Shown here piece by piece: positions 9,101 to 16,400 of a DNA stretch of 64,000 bases; the stretch's first letter is position 1; each line of letters starts with the position of its first letter. The notes beneath the pieces were generated by a model. The model was not told where the DNA came from. It ran no database searches and saw only the letters and a list, made by a program, of their open reading frames with translations. This stretch comes from Candidatus Cloacimonadales bacterium (GTDB lineage Bacteria > Cloacimonadota > Cloacimonadia > Cloacimonadales > JAFGVF01): contig OY759729.1 of NCBI GenBank assembly GCA_963662585.1, positions 2,240,001 through 2,304,000 on the forward strand. Direction: 5' to 3'. The position numbers and the translations under genes were made by a program.

Positions 9101-12100
9101 AACACCAAACACTGAATACGAGTGGAAAGTTGTTAACCGCAATTATGCTGGTGAAACTCCAGAACTTGATGTTGTTACTTGGTCATTCACAACTATAGGA
9201 AATCCTCCTGCAGCTGCAACATATAGCTCACCTTCTGATGATGCAGTTAATGTAGCTGTAAATGGAAACTTAGTATGGCAAGCTGTTACTGGTGCAGAAG
9301 GTTATCGTGTCTATATATCTACAGATAGTCTCTTCACAGCTGTAACACCTGTTGAACAAACAGCAACTACTTATGCTTACACTGGTGTTTATGGTACTAC
9401 TTATTATTGGAAAGTAGAACCTTATAATGTCGTTGGTGTACCAACTGAAGGTGTTAATGTTTGGTCATTTACTACCTTGGCAAATCCATTCCCAGAAGCA
9501 AACCTTGTCTTTGATGGTGTTAGAACTACAAATCAAGGTATGCCAATGGAACCAGGTGCTGTTTATACAACTAACCAAAATATCTATTATCAATCAGAAT
9601 TGAATTTAGAAGACTCAGCTATTACTTCTATTAGCTATCTATATAACAGCTACAGTGATTACACTGAAGAAGTAGATATCTATATGGGTCACACAATTAA
9701 AAGTACATTTGCTGATGCTTATGATTGGGAACTTGATGGAATGACATTAGTTTTCAGTGGTATCTTAACTGCTACTACTACTGAAGCAATTGTTACTTTA
9801 GAATTAGATACTCCTTTTGTCTATAATAATACAGACAACTTAGTTGTTACCTTCATGGCTAAACAATCTGGTTCTCAAAGTTATAGTGCAGATTTCTATA
9901 ATTACCCAGTAACTGGAAACAGATCACTTCGTGTAACAGGTTCTACTTTCTATCCACTAACAGGAACAATTCCTTATGGTACTTTAAAGGCTTATTTACC
10001 TGTAACTGGTTTCAATTATGAAGGTCTTGCTGCTGAAGCTGTATTCACTGTAAATGCTGATACCTTAACTTATGTTGATCAGGTTATGGATGCTGAGAGT
10101 GCTCCTCAAACTGTAACAATATCAAATAGTGGTATAGCTGACTTAGGTATTGTTAGCATCGCTATAAGCGGTACTAATGCTGATCAATTCATCTTAACAG
10201 ATGAAAACACATATCCAGCAACTATAGAAACTGCTGAAATTATGTCTGTTCAAGTTGTATATGCACCAACAACAGATGGTGATCATACAGCTCAATTAGT
10301 CATTACTGATGATCAAAATAGAGCTATTTATACAGTAGAATTAGTCGGTAATTCAATTGATACAAATATCTATGCAACAGATTTACCTTGGAATGAATCT
10401 TTCGAAGGTGACCTCCTCGGTTGGTATACTATTATTGAGTCAACTACTGACTATGCTAGTATCACATTGAATACTACAGCTACAAATGTTCAAGATGGTG
10501 CAAGAGCTATTCAATTCTATAATTCATCTGACTTAACTCCTAATCTTCAATTAATAACTCCTAATATCGTGCCAGATATGGGTGGTTACAGATTAAGATT
10601 CTGGATGAAAGGTTCAGCTAATGCTGGAATGATCTTAGGTAAATATGATACAGATTTACAAGTATTTACTGCTGTAGAAACCTTCGCTGTGCCATTAACT
10701 TACGAACAAACAGTAATTGAATTTGAAGCTGCCAGAGCTAATGAAAGATTCGTTTTCAAACCTACATTTGATACAGATTATGATTATGTCTATCTTGATA
10801 ATGTAACATTTGAAACTACACCATTAGTTCCTGTTGCTGAACTTAATGTTGAAGCTATTGATTTTGGTGAAATTGAAGTTGCTACAACTTCTTTAGCAGA
10901 AGAAGTTTCAATTACTAATGTTGGTCCTGGTACATTAAATATTGGTAATATTGAAATTATCGGAACTGATGCAGCTCTCTTTGCCTGGGATTATGTTGAA
11001 GAAACACCAGATATGGCTTTAGATAACGGTGAAACATTAGAATTAACTGTTACCTTCACTCCTGATGCTCTTGGTGCTAAAGTAGCTACTTTAGTTATTA
11101 ATGATGACCTTGGAAGAAGAATTGTTCTTAATACTAATTCTAAAGCCAGAAACACCAACAGAAATGCTAATGAAGTTGCTCTTACAGGTTCAGGATGGCT
11201 TCCACCACAAGGTTCTACTTGTGCAGATCCACTTCCTTTAACCTTCCCTGCTGTTGATGTTACAGGTAATACTATTGACTTCGTTGATGACTATTCATCT
11301 ACTTGGATTTCTCCAAGCTCTTCATATATTAATGGAGATGATGTTGTTTATCAATTTACCTTAGCAAATACATTGTTACTCAATGGTACAATAACTACAA
11401 CAGGTAGCTGGATTGGTGCTTTCATCCTTGAAGTTGAACCTAATGCTACTACTCCTGCTCCTGTAATTCTACAAAAAACTTCAACAACTACTACCTTGAC
11501 TTATAGTAATAATATGCTTCCTGCCGGAACTTATTATCTAATTATTTCAAGTTATCCTTCACCTCAAAGTATTGATTATACTATCAACTTAACAGCTGAT
11601 GCTTTACCTGCTCCTGCAGCTGCAGCTGGTCCTTCACCAGCTGATGAGGCCATTGATCAACCTACATCTCTTACATTAGCATGGACTAATGCTAATTATA
11701 CCGAAACTATAGACTTATACTTCGGCGAGGTGGGTGCTCGTGAAATGGCTCTTGTTCTTGATGATGTGTCTGCTGTCAATACTTACGCTGTTACTGACTT
11801 AGATCCAAACACTGAATATGCTTGGAAAGTTATTAACCGCAATTACTCTGGTGAAACTGCTGATACATTAGTTGCTACTTGGACCTTTACTACTATAGGT
11901 TCTGCTCCTGAAGCTGTTACTTACACTGCTCCAGCAGATGCATCAACCAACAGACCTCTAAGTGGAAACTTAACTTGGTCAGCTGCTACAGGCGCTAATG
12001 GCTATTTCGTTTATCTTTCTACAGATAATACATTTGCAGGTGTAACTCCTGTAGATCAAGCTACAACTACTTATGCTTACAGTGGCTTGGATTACGAAAC

Positions 12101-12938
12101 AACTTATTACTGGAAAGTTATTCCTTATAATGTTGTTGGTCAACCAACTGAAGGTATAGAGGTTTGGTCATTTACTACAATTCTTGACCCAACAATTGCT
12201 ATGCCTGTTACTATCGATTTCGAAGGTACTACTACTGTTCCAGCTGCCTATATTACTGCTACAAATATGTATGTCACTGGTAGTGGACACGGTAATACAC
12301 AGAATGTTCTTTATAAGAATATCTATACTGATGCTACAAGTGCTTATATTCAATTCCAATCAATGAACAATATTACAGCAACTTCTGTATTCGAATTTGA
12401 TTATAGATTTGTTCAATATGCTTCACCAAATCCTGCAACACCATTTGAAGATGATTTTGATTATCTAATCGCTAAAGTATCAACTGATAATGGTGCAACA
12501 TTCAATGCTATTGACCAAATTAATAGTGTAAATCATGTTGAATCAACAGAATTTGCTAGATATTCAATTGATATTAGTGCTTATGCTGGTCAATCTGTTA
12601 TCTTCAGATTAGATATGCCAGATGATGATGTTAATGATTATTATTTCGATATCGATAATATCTACTTTGGTCAACCTGCTGTTACAGATCCTGATGTTCC
12701 TGTTAACTTCGCAATCGCAATGGACGGTGCTTCAATAACCTTGACTTGGGATGCTGCTGCTAATGCAAACTCCTATAATATCTACGGTTGTGATACACCT
12801 GATGGTGAATTTGTAATCATCGAAGCTGTTGCTGGTACAGAACGAACATTTACAGCTACTGAATCTATGAAATTCTATAGCGTTAAAGCTTCTACTGATA
12901 CTATTGGTTCTGCTAAAAGATTAGGTAGAAGAAACTAA
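6123..12938 (+). CDS. Giant secreted mosaic surface protein A (FN3-like repeats, choice-of-anchor D/ASH-like Ig domains, cleaved-adhesin/MAM-like domains); no T9SS CTD
   Basis: Start moved to ATG 6123 (GGGAG RBS, MKKTILAIML signal peptide); repeated TTYYWKV/WSFTT units; IDFG...VSITNVG.GTLNI Ig units; PY.E.F....GW adhesin-like units. Confidence 0.85.
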   Translation: MKKTILAIMLIILSLSYVFADSVVFSDSQSGYDYTPTVATITTADIPGGSTITDVLITTSFGSEGYIGSWYDIHLNINGTDYQNVGFLSAQSYIDLNGLGPNGLTVTATTEDLDEYGDSGTLALSVEVVYDPPAGLPDAPTLVAPTAGAVDMALNVDLEWTTGANTDHAVLYIADNASFTDADIINPATSPYTTDLANGTTYYWKVVAVSTTSVEMASAVRSFTTVLGPGNYIWQLVDSYGDGWNGAAMDVLVEDIVVLNDITFASGSYAEFVLSAEMGQTITSDFHTNGSYPSECSFKLYDYEGNLLASGNSSTPISYFVPYPGTPDAPTLESPVDGATDVTIVSDLEWSIGENTDAVILYLANNEEFTSATEVPLTGADTLYTTTTLAYNTTYYWKVKALNTVDEYETSSDVWSFTTEIDPNTPDAPTLVSPENNAINVAIDGSIEWTEGNMTDHSVLYIADNAEFTDATIVNPATSPYTSSLDLLTTYYWKVVAVGPTAIEVESSVRSFRTEYGVATVPYAENFDAYASGVQADGWITLNTTGNSSALSAVSSSYAVSAPRSYYLTNNSASTGSLIASTPRMENAGNRVRFSARGGSAGYILYVGTMTDATDDATFTRIDSLYLTNTHTQYIVELPADREVNYISFKHGLGGTYRSIYLDNVVVEEIPTAAVIEFSPESIDCGLYIVGDTTAVAQTFTVTNVGAVAAEITEITAGNASYFEVINENTLPYILEPQASMTVDVKALTAFVGTHDSYVRLKEKIDLFSFTNHDIDVTSVILSTQGDDHNDPFILNVAPQIVVNHTTTPYNTTFDFCTGSSVVYKLPLSQSKIMDISLDGTAWDTKLWVFNSFDQIDTATQSTDAWYYNDDEGSASTGGRGFVEEEKSRDRALWSKMNPSFALAGDYYIVVSGYLTNNGAFTMTINTEAIPAPVAATVPYPADDAVDLPTNFSLTWNNADYTETVDIYFGPAGSMVMVENDIDAVEEYLLSNLTPNTEYEWKVVNRNYAGETPELDVVTWSFTTIGNPPAAATYSSPSDDAVNVAVNGNLVWQAVTGAEGYRVYISTDSLFTAVTPVEQTATTYAYTGVYGTTYYWKVEPYNVVGVPTEGVNVWSFTTLANPFPEANLVFDGVRTTNQGMPMEPGAVYTTNQNIYYQSELNLEDSAITSISYLYNSYSDYTEEVDIYMGHTIKSTFADAYDWELDGMTLVFSGILTATTTEAIVTLELDTPFVYNNTDNLVVTFMAKQSGSQSYSADFYNYPVTGNRSLRVTGSTFYPLTGTIPYGTLKAYLPVTGFNYEGLAAEAVFTVNADTLTYVDQVMDAESAPQTVTISNSGIADLGIVSIAISGTNADQFILTDENTYPATIETAEIMSVQVVYAPTTDGDHTAQLVITDDQNRAIYTVELVGNSIDTNIYATDLPWNESFEGDLLGWYTIIESTTDYASITLNTTATNVQDGARAIQFYNSSDLTPNLQLITPNIVPDMGGYRLRFWMKGSANAGMILGKYDTDLQVFTAVETFAVPLTYEQTVIEFEAARANERFVFKPTFDTDYDYVYLDNVTFETTPLVPVAELNVEAIDFGEIEVATTSLAEEVSITNVGPGTLNIGNIEIIGTDAALFAWDYVEETPDMALDNGETLELTVTFTPDALGAKVATLVINDDLGRRIVLNTNSKARNTNRNANEVALTGSGWLPPQGSTCADPLPLTFPAVDVTGNTIDFVDDYSSTWISPSSSYINGDDVVYQFTLANTLLLNGTITTTGSWIGAFILEVEPNATTPAPVILQKTSTTTTLTYSNNMLPAGTYYLIISSYPSPQSIDYTINLTADALPAPAAAAGPSPADEAIDQPTSLTLAWTNANYTETIDLYFGEVGAREMALVLDDVSAVNTYAVTDLDPNTEYAWKVINRNYSGETADTLVATWTFTTIGSAPEAVTYTAPADASTNRPLSGNLTWSAATGANGYFVYLSTDNTFAGVTPVDQATTTYAYSGLDYETTYYWKVIPYNVVGQPTEGIEVWSFTTILDPTIAMPVTIDFEGTTTVPAAYITATNMYVTGSGHGNTQNVLYKNIYTDATSAYIQFQSMNNITATSVFEFDYRFVQYASPNPATPFEDDFDYLIAKVSTDNGATFNAIDQINSVNHVESTEFARYSIDISAYAGQSVIFRLDMPDDDVNDYYFDIDNIYFGQPAVTDPDVPVNFAIAMDGASITLTWDAAANANSYNIYGCDTPDGEFVIIEAVAGTERTFTATESMKFYSVKASTDTIGSAKRLGRRN

Positions 12939-12962
12939 TATAAATTAACCCTTAATTAAACT

Positions 12963-12995
12963 AAAGCCCCTGCTGATAAGCGGGGGCTTTTTTTT
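12963..12995 (+). terminator. Rho-independent terminator
   Basis: AAAGCCCCTGCT-GATA-AGCGGGGGC followed by T8. Confidence 0.85.
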
Positions 12996-13000
12996 ATTAA

Positions 13001-13175
13001 CTGGGAAAGCGGGATTCCAGCCCGCTATAAGAAGTGTAAAACACTTCTTATAGTATTTAACAAGCACTTGTAAATGCTTGTTGCGGACGAGGACATCCAC
13101 ATTCCCAGTTAATAAGCCGGCAGGGATGCCAGCGCTCCCAGTTAATAAGCCGGCAGGGATGCCAGCGCTCCTAGT
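13001..13175. repeat. REP/REPIN cluster of the CTGGGA family
   Basis: Forward REP 13001-13025; inverted copies ~13083-13109, 13116-13142, 13149-13175 (the last two are 33-bp tandem units). Confidence 0.9.
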
Positions 13176-13202
13176 TAAAATAAATAATTTTAAAAAAAAC
13201 AT

Positions 13203-13230
13203 TTGACAAACTTTTTTAAAATAATATTAT
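13203..13230 (+). promoter_or_regulatory. Sigma70-type promoter
   Basis: TTGACA 13203-13208, TATTAT 13225-13230, A-tract upstream. Confidence 0.6.
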
Positions 13231-13405
13231 TAGTTCAGATTTGTAAAATAATCTATTGTAATGAGTTAGGGCTGTAGGGGCTTGCACCATTAATATGCAT
13301 CACCACGCACGCTACACAATCCCCCTCAGAATATCTAACAAATTACATACAATAGTGTTTTATGCACATTACAGTATAAAACGCACATTAATTAAGGGAG
13401 AAAAT

Positions 13406-16400
13406 ATGAAAAAAACGATATTAGCTCTAATGCTATTTGTTTTAAGTTTCAGCTGTATTATGGCTGAAAGTATTAATTTTTCTGATTCAAACTACGGTGC
13501 AGACAATGCACCAACAGTTTCAACAATTACAACTGCGGGTATCCCTGCAGGTTCAGAAATTACAGATATTCAAGTAACAACATCTTTCGGTTCAGTTGGA
13601 TATATAGGTGACTGGTATGATATTCATTTAAATATTAACGGAACTGATTATCCTTCTGTTGGTTGGTTATCAGCTGAAAGTTATACAGATTTAAACAACT
13701 TAGGTCCAAACGATTTAACAATTACTGCAACAACAGAAGATTTGGATGATTATGCTGATTCAAGTACACTAGTACTCAGTGTTGATGTATTCTATAATCC
13801 ACCAGCAGGTACACCTGATGAACCAACTTTAGTCTCACCTGCAAATGGTGCAACTAATGTCGCAATCGATACAAACTTAGAATGGACAACTGGTGAAAAT
13901 ACAGACCATACAGTTTTATATCTTGCAGATAATGCAGAATTTACAGGTGCAACTGTAGTTAATCCTGCTACTTCTCCATACACAACTTCATTAAATTATA
14001 GTACAACTTATTTTTGTAAAGTGGAAGCTATTGGACCAACTGATGTATCAGTTATGTCAGAAATGAGAACTTTCTCCACTGAGATTGACCCAAATACCCC
14101 AGATATGCCAGAATTAACACTCCCAAGTAATGGAGCTTTAAATGTGGCAATTGATACAAACTTAGAATGGACAAATGGTGATAATACAGATCATGCTGTT
14201 TTATATCTTGCAGATAATGCAGAATTTACAGGCGCAACTGTAGTTAATCCTGCTACTTCTCCATACACAACTTCATTAAACAATGGAACTAGCTACTTTT
14301 GGAAAGTTGTAGCTGTAGGTCCAACTGCTATTGAAGTTGAAAGTAATGTCAATAACTTCACAACTCCATTTGAAGCAATTACAGAGTTCCCATATGAACA
14401 AGGCTTTGAAATGTGGCCTCCTGCAGGCTGGGTATTAAATCCAGAATCAGGAACTGGTGCATGGCTTCAAAATAATGGTACTTCTTATGGACCAGGCTCA
14501 GCTAATATTTATGCAGGAACTTATGCTGCTATGTTTAATAACTACTCTTATTCAAATGGAACTATAGGTTCTATGGAGACACCTGAATTAGATTTATCAG
14601 GAATGACAGCTCCTCTAGTAAAGTTCTACTGGTGGAATAACGATGGTTCCTCTTCCCCTGCTCATTTGAAAGTATATACAAAAGAGTCAGAAGGTGAATG
14701 GTTATTGGTTGAAGATATTGAAGTATATGGTTCAGGAGTAACAAGTTGGGTTGAAAGTTCTAACTTAATTCCTACAGATGTTAGATTCGTAAAATTAGAA
14801 GCTGTTAGTGATTATGGGATGAAAAATACTTATGTCGATGGATTTAGAATAGAAGAAGCTCCATTGTCTCCTATCGTAGAAATTAACACAGACCCAATTG
14901 CTTTTGGTACTGTTTCTTTAAATGAAGCTTCAGATTCTGAAATAGTATCAATCAAAAATATTGGTGGTGGCACACTTAATATTACTAATATAGATATTAT
15001 CGGAACAGATGCAGATCAATTTAGCAAAACAGATAGTGAAGATTATGCTCTTACAGCTACTGAAGAGTTATTAATTGAAGTTATTTTTAATCCTACTAGT
15101 GCTGGAGAAAAAACTGCTACTTTACAAATCACTGATGATTTAACAAGAGAAGTATATGAAATAGCTCTTTCAGGTACTGGTATTGATACTAATATCTATG
15201 AAATTAATATTCCTTATACTCAAGGTTTCGAAACTGAAGAAGGATTCTTAGGTTGGACAAGTAATATTAATTCAACTAGTTCTTACGCTACATCTGATAG
15301 ATATAATGGATCAGCTAATAGTGGTACTTATTCATACAAAGTGTATAACTCAGATGATACTTCTGCTACAGCAGAATTAATATCTCCAGTTGTAGTTCCT
15401 GATATGGATGCCTATAGAGTGAGATTCTGGGCAAGAAAATCATCAACATCCAATACTCAACCATTAATAGTTGGTAAATATAATCAAGCAATGGATAGCT
15501 TCACAGCTATTGATACTCTTGATATGACTACTACTTATGCTGAATATACAGTAAATATGGCAACTCCTGTTAGAGCTAATGAAAGAATAGCTTTCCAATT
15601 TAGCTTCACAGGTACTTATCAATATATCTATATTGATGATTTAACTTTCGAAGAAGCTCCTGAAGGTGCTTTAGTAGAAATTACTCCTGATGCTCATGAT
15701 TTTGGTGAAATCTTCATAGCTAGTGAAACTTCACAGACATTCACAGTTGCTAATAATGGTGTGCTTGCTGCGGACATTACTGAAATTACTGTTCCTACAG
15801 GTTATTCTCACGAAACTGAAGTTTCATTCCCTTATACTTTAGAAGCTGGTGCATCATTTACTGTCGATGTTACCTTTGCTCCTCAAGCAGAGATGATTTA
15901 CTCAGGTAACTTAAGAGTGAAAGAAGCTGATCCTGCTAATCCTTTCGGTGGATTTAATCATGATGTTTCTCTTACAGGAACAGGTATTCCAGTTCCACAA
16001 GGAGATAATCATAATAATCCATTTATTATTACTCTAGCAGATTCTGTAACTGTTACAGGAACTACTACACCTTTCCAAACTTATTATTCATTCTGTTCAT
16101 CTCAATCTGTTGTTTATCAATTAACACTTCCAACTGATAAGTTGATGACTGTTTCTTTAGATGGAACAGCTTGGGATACAAAACTATGGATATTCAATTC
16201 TTTCCAACAAATCGATGATGCTACAAGTGCTACTACTGCCGACGCTTGGTACTACAACGATGATGAAGGTAGTGCAACAACTGGTGGAGATAGAGCTAAA
16301 TCAAGAGATAGAGCTACTTGGTCTGAAATGTTAGAAACTTATACACCTGAAGGCGTATATTATATTCTAGTTTCTGGCTATAATGCTAACAATGGTGAAT

